Positions 23,565-35,390 are shown, counted from the first letter of the whole stretch. The stretch: 63,965 nucleotides of DNA, filler included, from Chiloscyllium plagiosum (GCF_004010195.1; 4 parts of 2 records of this genome joined end to end with filler, not necessarily neighbours in it), one strand, 5' to 3'. Translations and numbers: made by a program. Notes: generated by a model not told the origin, from the letters alone.

Positions 23565-25290
23565 TAATGGAAAAATACTAGAGGCCACGAAAAATGATTT
23601 AATAGCAGACCACTTGGAAATCAGCAGCGGGATTGGACAGCTTCATGGATTTATGAAAGGGAACTCATTCTTGATAAATTGATTGGAATTGTTTGATGAT
23701 ATAACGAGTGGAGTTGATGATGGGGAGCCAGTTTAAATGGTTTACCTGAATTTTCAGAAGGCTTTCAATACGATCCCACACAAGAGATTAGTCTGTAAAA
23801 CTAAAGTGCATGGGATTGGGGTTGTGCACTGTCATCGATAGAATACTGGTTGGCAGACAGGAAATAAAGAGTAATTTTTTTTTCTAAATGGCAATGCAGT
23901 GACTAGTGGAGTACCACAAGGATTAGTGCTTGGGTCCCAGATATTCACAATATATATATTAATGCAGTAGACAAGGGAACTGAAGAATATATCTCGAAAT
24001 TTGTAGATGACAAAGCTGGGCGGGAGGTGAGCTATGAGGAGAATGCAGAGAGGCTTCATGTGATTTAGACATGTTGAATGAAGGGGTAAATACAAGGCAG
24101 ATGCAATATAATGTGGAGAAATGTGAGTTATCCACTTTGGAGCGGAAACAGGCAGGCAGAACATTATCTGAATGGTGACAGATGGGGGAAGGGCGAGATG
24201 CAACGAGATCTGTGTGTCATTGTACTCATTTGCTGAAGGTAAGCAAGCTGGTGCAGTGGGTAGTGAAGAGGGCAAGTGATATGTTGGCTTCCATAATGAG
24301 AGGATTCGAGAAAGGATGTCTTGCTGCAATTGTGCAGGGCCTATGTGTGACCACTAGCAGAGTATTGTTTGCAGTTTGTAGTTTCCTCCTGATCTGAGGA
24401 AGGATGTTTTGCCTATAGACTGACAGCTACAAAGATTAATCAGACCAATTTCTGGGATAGCTGACGTTTGAAGGGACACTGGTTTGAGCTATATTCACTG
24501 AAGCTTAGAAGAATGAGGGGGATCTCATAGAACCCTATAAAATTCTAATAGGACTGGGGAGGCTTAGAGATTGATAAAATCATGAGGGGCATAGATAGGG
24601 TACATAGACAAGGTCTTTTCCCTGGAGTAGGGGACTCCAGAATGAGAGGGTTTCGAGTAAGAAGGGACAAAATTTAAAAGGAGCCTAAGGGGCAACTTCT
24701 TCAGAGGGTGGTGTGTGTATGAACTGAGCTGCCAGAGGAAGTGGTGGAGGCTGGTACAGATGCAACATTTCGAGTCATAGAGTCTTAAAAGGCATCTGGA
24801 TGGGTATATGAATAGGAAGAGTTTAGAGGGATATGGGCGGATGCTGACAAATGGGACTAGATTAGCTGAGGATATATGGTCAGCATGGACGAGTCAGACC
24901 AAAGGGTCTGTCTCTGTGTTGTACGTCTCTATGACTCTATGACTAGACAGGGTCCATGCAGGAAGGATGTTCCCGATGAAGAGGGAGCCCAGAATCAGGG
25001 GTCACAGTATAAGGATATGAGGTAAACCATTTAGGACTGAGATGAGGAGAAACGTCGTTACACACAGACAGTGGTGAGCTGCAGAATTGTCTGTAACAGG
25101 GAATGGTTGAGGCAAAAGCATTGAATATTTTTGAGAAGGAAATACAGTTGTTAGGGTATAGGGATCAAAGGATAGGAGATGAAAGTGGGAACAGGATACT
25201 GAGCTGAATGATCAGCCATGATCATAATGACAGACGTAGACTTGAAGGGTTGAATAGCCCACTCCTGCTCCTATTTTCTATGTTTCTCTT
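23565..25290 (+). mobile_element. CR1 LINE RT-to-3' fragment with a nested HER1 3' end (about 24565-24945)
   Basis: GKILEA..LHGFMKGNSFLIN, SGVPQGLVLG and FVDDKAG-like motifs; nested ctatgactctatgact tail. Confidence 0.8.
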
Positions 25291-25952
25291 GCATCATATG
25301 AATTCAGCGGTTCAAAGGAAAAATCATCAATAATTTTTTAGCCAGTGATGCCCAAATCACATGAACTTAGATTTAATATGAGCTTACACTTTAAAAGTAA
25401 TGACTGAAAAAAGAAATAGAGGATGAGTTCAAATCTGTCCACAGCAGATTGAGAAATCAGTTTTAAAAAGTTGGAAATAAAAAGCCCGTATTCTTAAAAG
25501 TGACCATAAGCTGTTTGCTTGCTATGTAATACTGATGCTTCACTAACATCCTAAAGGGAATTAAATTCAAATAAATTCTTTTCACTGCTATTTGTACATG
25601 AATCCAGACTCACAATATCATGGTTTAATCTGAATTGAGTTTTAGAGGGATCTTACATCAGGAGAGGGATATCAAATTGTTACCTAGGGTACTTAGAAAT
25701 GGTACAAATACTGGCCTTGCTTGTGACACCAACATGCTGAGCATGATACAACAATACATGTCTCCAATTTGCACTGACCAAGGTTTTGGATTGGATCAGA
25801 AATTGCTGAAAGCAACATGGGCAGCAATTTAATGAGATCTCAATTATTACCCATATATTACAAAATACCCACAGATCACAGAGCCCTACAACAGTTCAAC
25901 ACATTGCCCATTCAGAAACAGTCTGTTGTGCATTAAAACATTTATGACTCAC

Positions 25953-26054
25953 AGGTTCCACTACTAAGATCCAAAGAAGATTCTGATTCATCAGTCTCCT
26001 GGGTCTGAAACAGTTGATTCAACATCAGGTCACTTAGATCTGAGGATGATGGCA
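25953..26054 (-). CDS. Exon X1 (102 nt, phase 1-1): (x)PSSSDLSDLMLNQLFQTQETDESESSLDLSSGT
   Basis: Acceptor gcttctctcttttcacAG, donor GTGAGT; upstream intron block ctcatcagaca...tttgatagttcagatctcaaaa (about 26130-26192) is shared with X3 (about 9428-9490). Confidence 0.8.
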
Positions 26055-26946
26055 CTGTGAAAAGAGAGAAAGCATCCACATTCTCATTTAACGCGAATAT
26101 GATATTAAATAGAACTATACGTGTAATGGGCTCATCAGACAGGTACCAACACAATCACGTTCAGAGATGCTTTGATAGTTCAGATCTCAAAATTCATATC
26201 AATTTAATCCAATTCCTTTTTGTTTCCTACCTCTTTGCTGACATTATAACTATGCACTCCAATAAATGAATAAAGAATAGTGTTGCATGCAGATCATTGA
26301 TCTGATAAGAACCGCCGTTGGTATCAATGGACTGGACATCATTTATAATGACTGACAGCAGAAGTCATCTTTCAAGCTATCTTTACTGCCTTCACCCAAC
26401 CAACTGCTCGCCCCTAAAACTGCAAATCAGTGTAAACAAAAACCTCCTTAAACCATTTCCTCCACGAGGCGGGACCCAATTAGCTGGATGAGTACAATTC
26501 CAACCACACTCAATAAGTTTGTAAGAAAAACTGTCCAATTGTTCTATTAGATCCTGAGGAATAAATTTTAATACAAATAGCTTTCCTTTTAATTAAGAAA
26601 AATCTCAGAGCTGTTAGTGGAGCTGATAGCCACAGGGTAGTGCATTCTTGTTTACTCTGTCAAGAACAAGACTGTGAAAAAAGACACTGTTAAAGCCAAA
26701 CAGGGGAGCATTCCTTGATTCACAGGTAACTTAACTGTACAAGTAAAGATCAAACAGGATGTCCTAGTCATTGATAAACCATGAGATGACTTTGAGGGTT
26801 TCAGACAGACATAGGAGGGATGACAATTAACAAGTGATTGACATGATACAACCATCAAGCTCTATGGTAGATAAAGGGAGTGTTTGAGAGGAAAAAACTC
26901 ACTTTAGACAGAAAAGAGCTTCTCAAGGTGGGTTGTGCACTCACCC

Positions 26947-27563
26947 TGTGATGATGAAGCCCCTTGAACAAGGTTATGTTGTCCTTGGTTTTTGTTTTCA
27001 GCGGGGTCATAAAGGCACAGGTTCCGAAATGTCTGGGTTTCTCTACATGAAGAAACTTTTACTTTTTTTAAAACAACACTTGTAAGATGAGGGGGGAGTG
27101 GCCAGTTCTCCCAGCTCAGCTTTTCTCTGGTTTGGTTTGGTTTGGTTTTAGCAGTCTGGCTGTTCAGAGCTGCTGGTCAGTTTAAGCTAGAGTGGAAGGA
27201 GGTTCCATGCTAAATCTCTCTGCTAACTCTCTACTTCCTGTAAGAACCTGTGCCCAATTTTATCTTTTTGCCAAGGGGGTGTTTATGGTGGTTGTTGCAG
27301 GCATTTGGAACAGCATCTTTAAATTGAGATAATCATTAAATTGGGTTTTTGGTTAGGTTAAGTTATTCTGTATTTTGTTCTCTTTTGTTTGTGTTTCAGC
27401 CAGTACTTTGAAAATAAATTCTCTTTTGTTTAAAACTGAGGGGTTTGACCTGCTGCATCATTTCTGGAATATCCACTCAACACGTGCTCAAAACAACTAG
27501 AAAAGTTAGAGTCAGGGCTTCCTTCTTGACATTTTTTGAGAGGGTCCGGCCTAGTACATCACA
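26947..27563 (+). mobile_element. Solo LTR (617 bp) with 4-bp TSD
   Basis: Begins TGTGATG and ends CATCACA (7-bp terminal inverted repeat, TG..CA); flanked by ACCC at 26943-26946 and 27564-27567; AATAAA near 27413. Strand is inferred from that signal. Confidence 0.75.
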
Positions 27564-27809
27564 ACCCATGGGAGGAAGCATCCTTTTCACATCCATTTTA
27601 TCAAGATCCCTCAGAACCTAGTATGTTTCAAACAAGTTGCCACTTACTCTGACCAATACCAGCTGATACAAGTCTAGCCAGGTCAACCTTTCCATCTAAG
27701 ATAATCTGCCCATTTGAGTATGAATTTAATTAAGCATCTCTGAGTTGTCTTCAATGTACTTTCTTTAATAATAAGACTAACACTGTAAATAATTCTCCAG
27801 GTATGGGTC

Positions 27810-28240
27810 AGTACGGTGGCTCAGTGGTAAGCAATGCTGCCTCAAGCGCCAGGGATCCGGATTCAATTCCAACTCAGGCTGTGTGAAATTTGGACATTCT
27901 CGCTGTGTCTGTGTGGGTTTCCGTCAGGTGCTCCGGTGAATTGGCCATGTTCAATTGCCCGTAGTGGTAAATGTAGGGGAATGGATCTGGGTGGGATGCT
28001 CTTCAGAGGGTCGGTATGGACTTGTTGGGCTGAAGGGCCTGTTTCCACACTGTAAGTAATCTAATCCATGTTAAATTGCTCATAGTGTTCAGGGATGTGT
28101 AGGTTAGATGACTTAGTCAGGGGTAAATATAGGATCATAGGGGAGGTGAATGGGTCTGGGTGGGTTACTTTTTGGAGGGTCGGTGTGGACATGTTGGGCT
28201 GAAGGGCCTGTATCCACACTGTAGGGATTCTATGATTCTA
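27810..28240 (+). mobile_element. HE1-like SINE with two tandem or nested 3' halves
   Basis: tRNA-like head; the gaagggcctgt(t/a)tccacactgta tail occurs twice. Confidence 0.75.
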
Positions 28241-28380
28241 TAGCTATGGTCTCATCAGGACTCTGCGAATTGAAGGAGGAGGAAGTGAGGACTGCATTTT
28301 GCTGGAGATCAGAGTCGAAGAGTTTGGTGATAGAAAAGCACATCTGGTCAGGCAGCATCGAAGGAGCAGAAGAATTGACA

Positions 28381-30279
28381 TAGAGTCATGGAGATGTACA
28401 GATTGGAAACAGACCCTTCAGTCCAACCCGTCCATGCCGACCAGATATCCCAACCCAATCTAGTCCCACCTGCCAGCACTCGGCCCATATCCCTCCAAAC
28501 CTTTCCTATTCATATACGCTTCCAAATGCCTCTTAAATGTTGTAATTGTACCAGCCTCCACCACTTCCTCTGGTAGCTCATTCCATACACGTACCACCCT
28601 CTGCGTGAAAAAGTTGCCCCGAAGGTCTCTTTTATATCTTTCACCTCTCACCCAAAATATATGCCCTCTAGTTCTGGACTCTCCAACCCCAGGGAAAAGA
28701 CTTTGCTTATTTACCCTATCCATGCCCCTCATAATTTTGTAAACCTCTATAAGGTCACCCCTCAGCCTCCGATGCTCCAGGGAAAACAGCCCCAGCCTGT
28801 TCAGCCTCTCCCTGTAGCTCAGATCCTCCAACCCTGGCAACATCCTTGTAAATCTTTTCTGAATACTACCTGCGACTCCACTTTCAAGGAGCTATGAACC
28901 TGCACTCCAAGGTCTCTTTGTTCAGCAACACTCCCTAGGACCTTACCATTAAGTGTATAAGTCCTGCTAAGATTTGCTTTCACAAAATGCAGCACCTCGC
29001 ATTTATCTGAATTAAACTCCGTGTGCCACTTCTCAGCCCATTGGCCCATCTGGTCCAAATTCTGTTGTAATCTGAGGTAACCCTCTTCGCTGTCCACTGC
29101 ACCTCCAATTTTGGTGTCATCTGCAAACTTACTAACTGTACCTCTTATGCTCGCTTCAAAATCATTTATGTAAATGACAAAAAGTAGAGGACCCAGCACC
29201 GATCCTTGTGGCACTCCACTCCACTGGTCACAGGCCTCCAGTCTGAAAAACAACCCTCCACCATTACCCTCTGTCTTCTACCTTTGAGCCAGTTCTGCAT
29301 CCAGATGGCTAGTTCTCCCTGCATTTCTTGAGGTCTAACCTTGCTGATCAGTCTCCCATGGGGAACTTTGTCGAACGCCTTACTGAAGTCCATATAGATC
29401 ACATCTACAGCTCTGCCCTCATCAATCTCTTTGTTACTTCCTCAAAAACCACAATCAAGTTTGTGAGACATGATTTCCCATGTACAAAGCCATGTTGACT
29501 ATTCCGAATCAGTCCTTGCCTTTCCAAATACATGCCCCTCAGGATTCCCTCCAACAACTTGCCCACCACCGAGGTCAGGCTCACTGGTCAATAGTTCCCT
29601 GGCTTGTCCTTACCATCATTCTTAAACAGTGGCACCAACCTCCAGTCTTCCGGCACCTCACCTGTGACTATCGATGATACAAATATCTCAGCAACAGGAC
29701 CAGCAATCACTTCTTTAGTTTCCACAGAGTTCTCGGGTACACCTGATCAGGTCCTGGGGACTTATCCACCTTTAACCGTTTCAAGACATCCAGCACTTCC
29801 TCCTCTGTAATCTGGACATTTTGCAAGGTGTCAACATATATTTCCCTACTGTCTATATCTTCCATATCATTTTCCACAGTAAATACTGCTGCAAAATACT
29901 CATCTAGTATCTCTCCCATTTTTTGCACAAAGGCCACCTTGCTGATCTTTGAGGGGTCCTATTCTCTCCCTAGTTACCCTTTTGTCCTTAATGTATTTGT
30001 AAAAACACTTTGGATTCTCCTTCATTCTATTTGCCAAAGCTATCTCATGTCCCCTTTTTGCCCTTCTGATTTCCCTCTTCAGTATACTTCTACTTCCTTT
30101 ACACTCTTCTAAGGATTCACTCAATCTATCCTGTCTATACCTTACATATGCTTCCTTCTTTTTCTTAACCAAACCCTCAATTTCTTTAGTCATCCAGCAT
30201 TCCCTATACCTACCAACCTTCCCTTTCACCCTGACAGGAATATACTTTCTCTGGATTCTTGTTATTTCTGAAGGCTTCC
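28381..30279 (-). mobile_element. HER1/CR1 LINE ORF2 (relatively young), running into the gap
   Basis: ORFs containing GVPQGSVLGPLLFVIYIND, SKFADDTKIGG, MDFSKAFDKVPHGRL and DKSPGPDQVYPR. Confidence 0.92.
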
Positions 30280-30379
30280 NNNNNNNNNNNNNNNNNNNNN
30301 NNNNNNNNNNNNNNNNNNNNNNNTTAATTAATTAANNNNNNNNNNNNNNNNNNNNNNNNNNNNNNNNNNNNNNNNNNNN
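30280..30379. other. Artificial scaffold join (44 N + TTAATTAATTAA + 44 N)
   Basis: Identical 100-bp spacers occur at 57659-57758 and 60976-61075; the 12-mer gives stops in all six frames. Confidence 0.95.
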
Positions 30380-30830
30380 GATTTAAAATAGTGATGGAAA
30401 AGGATAGACCAGATCTAAAAGTTGAAGTTCTAAATTGGAGAAAGGCCAATTTTGATGGTATTCGGCAAGAACTTTCAAAAGCTGATTGGGGGCAGATGTT
30501 CGCAGATAAAGGGACGGCTGGAAAATGGGAATCTTTCAGAAATGAGATAAAAAAATCCAGAGAAAGTATATTCATGTCAGGGTGAAAGGAAAGGCTGGTA
30601 GGTATAGGGAATGCTGGATGACTAAAGAAAGGGTTTGGTTAAGGAAAAAAAGGAAGCATATGTAAGGTATAGCCAGGATAGATGGAGTGAATCTTTAGAA
30701 GAGTATAAAGGAAGGAGGAGTATACTTAAGAGGGAAATCAGGAGGGCAAAAAGGGGACATGAGATAGCTTTGGCAAATAGAATTAAGGAGAATCCAAAGG
30801 GTTTTTACAAACATATTAAGGACAAAAGGG
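30380..30830 (+). mobile_element. HER1/CR1 ORF2 internal fragment
   Basis: EKDRPDLKVEVLNWRKANFDGIRQEL...KENPKGFYKHIKDKR. Confidence 0.9.
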
Positions 30831-30981
30831 ACTCCAGATTTGTTTTCCGACAACTTGGGCAGATATGCTTCCAGTCACTTTATAATTCCTGGCATTCCAT
30901 TACATTTCTACCTTTAGTTTATGTTGCTTTTCATTTTTTCTCCCGACTGAAATATATGACTTTGTCTGTGTTAAATTTCAG

Positions 30982-31023
30982 AGGTGACCACTGCACCTTG
31001 TCCTGCTCCAAGGCAGTATAGAG
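30982..31023 (+). CDS. Microexon A1 (42 nt, phase 1-1): (x)VTTAPCPAPRQYR
   Basis: ttaaatttcAG...GTGAGT; splice sites and length conserved in all three units. Confidence 0.7.
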
Positions 31024-31739
31024 GTGAGTCAGTACAAACATATCTAGCCTGGTACATGGGCTGTCTGTGGAAGTTTCTGGGCAGCAGAGGGTCATGTTTG
31101 CATAAAACATGTTTCACAAAGGTGGTGAAAAACCTCCAATAGCAAATAGGTGGCTGATTTTACAATCTGTCTGATTTTGGTTCCTGAAGGCTGAGCCCCA
31201 TTGAGAGACCCTGATGTATGTTGAGAGCTAACTTAGCACAGTCCAGGAGTTAACCCAGGACCGTGCTGTTCTGTATGGCTCAGTACTACACTTGGTCTAT
31301 CACAGCCTTCAGTAAACCTAATCTTTCAGGAATTTCAGCTGTGACTGGTGACTTGTGAATCATTCAAAATTCCATTCCAAGGTAAAGAATAAAACGAGGA
31401 TAAATCATTACACACTACATATATATTTGGAAAATTGCACATTACAAGGATGGACTTTCTAACCTAACAATCACATTTTAATCTATATCATCTTGGAAGT
31501 AAAAAAAACAGCAAATGCTGCCATCGTCTTATTGAAACTGATGGTCACTTAAACTATAGGTCACAGAAATGCCTCGGCAAAGGGATTTGTTGAGAAAGAC
31601 AGTTCTTTATGGTAACGTCAGGCAAATGTGAGAATTGAAGGTATATTGTTGGTGTAACTCTGTATTGCAAATCACCCATGCATTCAACTGAATTAACCAA
31701 CCACAATCTGCTTTTGTATGACTGTGTGATTAAGCAAAA

Positions 31740-32530
31740 CACAATTTGGATAAATGCCAAGTATTGCATTTTTGGAATACAAACAAAGACAGGAGTTGTA
31801 CAGTTCAGGGTAGAGCTCTGTGAAAAAGAAAGAGCAAGGGTTTTGCATGCATAACTCTTTAAAATTTGCATCACATGCAGACAGGGTGGTAGAGAGGTAT
31901 TCAGCAACGCTTGTCTTCATTGCTCAAACGTTTGTGTATTGGAGGTAGTACGTTGTGTTGAGGTTATACAGGATGTTGGTGAGCGCTGTTCTGGAGAATT
32001 GTACAGTACTGGCCACCCTGCTACAGGAAGGATATTTTAAATTGGAGAGAGTACAGAAGAGATTGACCAAGATGTTGCTGGGAATGAAAGTTTGCGTTAT
32101 AATGATAGGCTGGGAATTTTTTTTTCACTGAAGCATTGGAGGATGAGGGATGACCTTATTAGAGGTTCAGAAAATCATGAAGTGCAGAGATCATTTGAAT
32201 GGCAAGGTTCTTTTCCCTAGGGTGGGGGTGTTCAAAACGAGAGGGCATATTTTTAAGGTGAGAAGAGAAAGATTTAAAAAGGACATAGGGCAGCATTTTT
32301 ACACAGGCAGTGGTTCGTTTGTTTGTGGAATGAACTGCCAGATGAGCTGGTGGATGCAAGTACAGTTAGAACATTTGAAAGACCTTCGGCTAGGTACTTG
32401 AATAGAAATGATTTCAAAGGGTATGGGCAAAGTGCAGGCGAGTGGGACTAGTTTGGTTTGGGAATATGGTCAGCATGGACTAATTGCCCCGATAGGTCTG
32501 TTATGGTCCTGCATGACTCTATGACTCTAT
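31740..32530 (+). mobile_element. Old CR1 3' fragment shared by all three units (also about 39850-40650 and 45800-46550)
   Basis: FKTRGHIFKVR motif; same position in each unit. Confidence 0.8.
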
Positions 32531-32736
32531 GCTGAAAATGTGTTGCTGGAAAAGCGCAGCAGGTCAGGCAGCATCCAAGGAACAGGAGAATCGACGTTTC
32601 GGGCATGAGCCCTTCTTCAGGCTTATGCCCGAAACGTCGATTCTCCTGCTCCTTGGATGCTGCCTGACCTGCTGCGCTTTTCCAGCAACACATTTTCAGC
32701 TCTGATCTCCAGCATCTGCAGTCCTCACTTTCTCCT
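32531..32736. mobile_element. Fold-back PLE terminus pair inserted in a (ctatgact)n tail
   Basis: gctgaaaatgtgttgctggaaaagcgcagc...tttcgggcat followed by its near reverse complement; duplicated ctatgactctatg flanks. Confidence 0.8.
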
Positions 32737-32899
32737 CTATGACTCTATGACAATTTAAACACAGTTGCCATACAGTCAGCAGGTTCACCTCTTCTCTCTT
32801 TAAATAAAAATTAAGAGCTAACATGAATGACAAACATTTTGTAACAAATCAATGTGAATATCTGCACTTTCTTGGCAAAGCATTCCATTGCTGGACACC

Positions 32900-33590
32900 A
32901 CAGAACATAGAACAGAGAACATTACAGTGCAGTCCAGGCCCTTTGGCCCTCAATGTTGCTCCGACCTGCGATACCAATCTGAAGCCCATCTAACCCACAC
33001 TGTTCCATTACCATCCACAAGTTTATCCAATGCCCATTTAAATGCCCTTAAAGGTGGTGAGTCTACTACTGTTGCAAGCAGTGCATTCCATGCCCTTACT
33101 ACTCTCTGAGTAATGAACCTACCTCTGGCACCTGTCCTATATCTATCACCCCTCAATTTAAAGCTATGTCCCCTCGTGCTAGCCATCACCATCCAAGGAA
33201 AAAAGCTCTCACTGTCCACACTATCTAACCCTCTGATCATCTTGTATGTCTCAATTAAGTCACCTCTCAACCTTCTTCTCTCTAATGAAAACAGTCTCAA
33301 GTCCTTCAGCCTTTCCTCATAACACCTTCCCTCCAGACCAGGCAACATTCTGGTAAATCTCCTCTGCACCCTTTCCAATACTTCCACATCCTTCCTACAA
33401 TGCGGTAGCCAGAACTGTATACAATACTCCAAGTGCAGCAGCACCAGACATTTGTACAGCTGCAGCATGACCTCATGGCTCAATCGCTCTATCAATAAAA
33501 GCGAACGCACTGTGCGCCTTCTTAAAAACCCTAACAACCTGGGTGGCAACTTTCAGGGATCTATGCACATGGACACTGAGATCTCTGCTC
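32900..33590 (-). mobile_element. CR1 LINE 3' end (second subfamily), unit 1 only
   Basis: ORF 32950-33549: LERVQRRFTRMLPGLEG...STRGHSFKLRGDRY. Confidence 0.9.
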
Positions 33591-34787
33591 ATTTACCATC
33601 TCAAGGACACTGATCAATTTATTTATACATGAATAGTTTTTATAAAACAATCAATTTTGCTTTTTAAAGTTTTAAAAATGTTTCATTCCCCTATGGGCCT
33701 CAGGGCTGGGCCAGCGTTTATTGCCCATCCCTCGTTGCCCGAGAGAAGGTGGTGGGGAGCTGCCTTCTTGAACTGCTGTGGTCCACATGCTGTAGGTAGA
33801 AGCACTGTGTCTTTAGGGAGGGGCTTCCAGGATTTTGACCCAGCGACAGTGAAGGGATGGTGATATATTTCCAGGTCAGCATGGTGAGTGGTTGGATGGG
33901 AAATTGCAAGAGGTGATGTTTCTCTGTAACTGCTGCCATTGTCCTTCTAGATGGAAGAGCTTGTGTATTTGTACGGTGTTGTCTGGTGATCTTTGGTGAA
34001 TTAATGCACATCTATGCATTTCGTCAAACTGTTTAATTTTAAAGGTTTCCTTCTCCCCAGTATTACTTTCAAGCCAGCAAGGCCAATCTGTAGTCCTTGC
34101 TCACTCATACTTAATGCCTACCCTGTACCCAATAGTGATGACCATCAGCATTGCCCCAGTGGGTATTTAATATTTGTTCCAGAACCTCACATAAAATATT
34201 AATCCAATACCCGCTGCCTCCACAAGAGCTCATGTTTCAGGCCCTAAAGTATTTGCAATCCTATCATTTTTCTTTGCTTCTCAAAGTGGAAGACAATGGG
34301 CAGAACGAGTATCCCATGTGCAAATAATAGACACATCAAAGAAATTAAAAACAGCAGAGGATGGGCAGAAGGTGAGGGGAGAGAGGAGGTTGGGATAATG
34401 TCAATTAAACATTTGACCTGCTGAGCTGGGAGAGGAGGTTTGGTCACGATAGGCCGAATGGCCTCCTGCTGTACTGTAACAATTCTGTGAACGTGTGGCT
34501 ACCAATCTCTGATAATCTACATGAGCAGCAGCATTGGGAATCTGAGCATTTCACTGAACAATGTGGTGATACTGAGTGAAGGTTTGCATCCCTGTGACCA
34601 GAGAAAGTCAGTGGAGTGGACTGTTGTAGAGTCATAGAGATGTACAGCACGGAAACAGATCCTTTGGTCCAACGTGTGTGAAAATGGAGCAAGTGACCAA
34701 TTCACTGGAAGTAAATTCTCTCTGTTTCGATTTTCATTGTACTTTTGTTAGTTATTTTAATTTGAACTTTATGTTTTACTACCACAG

Positions 34788-34823
34788 AACGAGTGCCATC
34801 AGACTGGAGCCATCTGGGTGCTG
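34788..34823 (+). CDS. Microexon B1 (36 nt, phase 1-1): (E)RVPSDWSHLGA
   Basis: ttttactaccacAG...GTAAGT; synonymous differences from B2/B3 (ggt gct versus ggg gca). Confidence 0.7.
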
Positions 34824-34989
34824 GTAAGTCAGTGCAAAAGTAGACTTTAACTCCACACTGATTCTCAGGCTGTCTGTCTCAGCACATTAGCCCTGGAGTA
34901 TCATGTTGGGAGACACCAGGATAATGTTGATGTGTGTGACTGATAAGCCTCTAATAACCGGTCAGCATCTAATTTTAATCTTTGCGTGT

Positions 34990-35390
34990 TTTTGTCCGAA
35001 CCTAACACAGGAATACTTCCATTATTGGTGAACTCAATACAATCTGCACATTAGCTCGGGATTGGCCCAGACGTGGTCCCATAGCTCCAAAATTCTGAAG
35101 ACCCTCCTCCCACACCATGCCTCAAACCGAACACTGAACCTTCTTGTCTTTCTAATTTTTGTCTCTCTAGTGTGTGGCACTACGAATAACCCAGATGTTA
35201 TTATCTTTGATATCCCACATTTTAACTCCCTTTCTAGCTTCACAAAGTCTAATAGCAGGATCTGCGTATTACCCTCTCTGTGTCCTGCATACCAACAGGC
35301 ACACAACCTCTGCGTCATTCTCTTCTCCCATCCCAGAAGAAAGGAAGTTGTCATTGTCCCATCAGACAGTGATAGAGAGAGAGAGAGAAG
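34990..35390 (-). mobile_element. CR1 ORF1 (SGNH esterase-like) remnant shared by the units (also about 42600-42960 and 48580-48950)
   Basis: RELKCGISKIITSGLFVVPH...WCGRRVFRILELWDHVW. Confidence 0.6.

Noticed and set aside
20931..23682. Long ORFs (232-893 aa) and a CRISPR-like 36-bp repeat length
   Set aside because: Head-to-tail minisatellite with no spacers, in eukaryotic DNA. The ORFs arise from a stop-poor unit divisible by 3 and from read-through of Ns.
838..26054. Assignment of the acidic Ser/Asp-rich gene to the SCPP biomineralisation family
   Set aside because: SCPP coding introns are characteristically phase 0, whereas all of these are phase 1; no signal-peptide exon and no SSEE exon ends were seen.
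30324..30335. TTAATTAATTAA palindrome (also 57703-57714 and 61020-61031)
   Set aside because: Artificial six-frame-stop linker centred in identical 100-bp N spacers.
28381..30830. A single LINE with a twin-primed 5' inversion across the gap
   Set aside because: The two pieces overlap by about 300 bp with multiple differences and the outer flanks show no TSD or continuity. Two separate copies at a scaffold join is simpler, although the inversion is not fully excluded.
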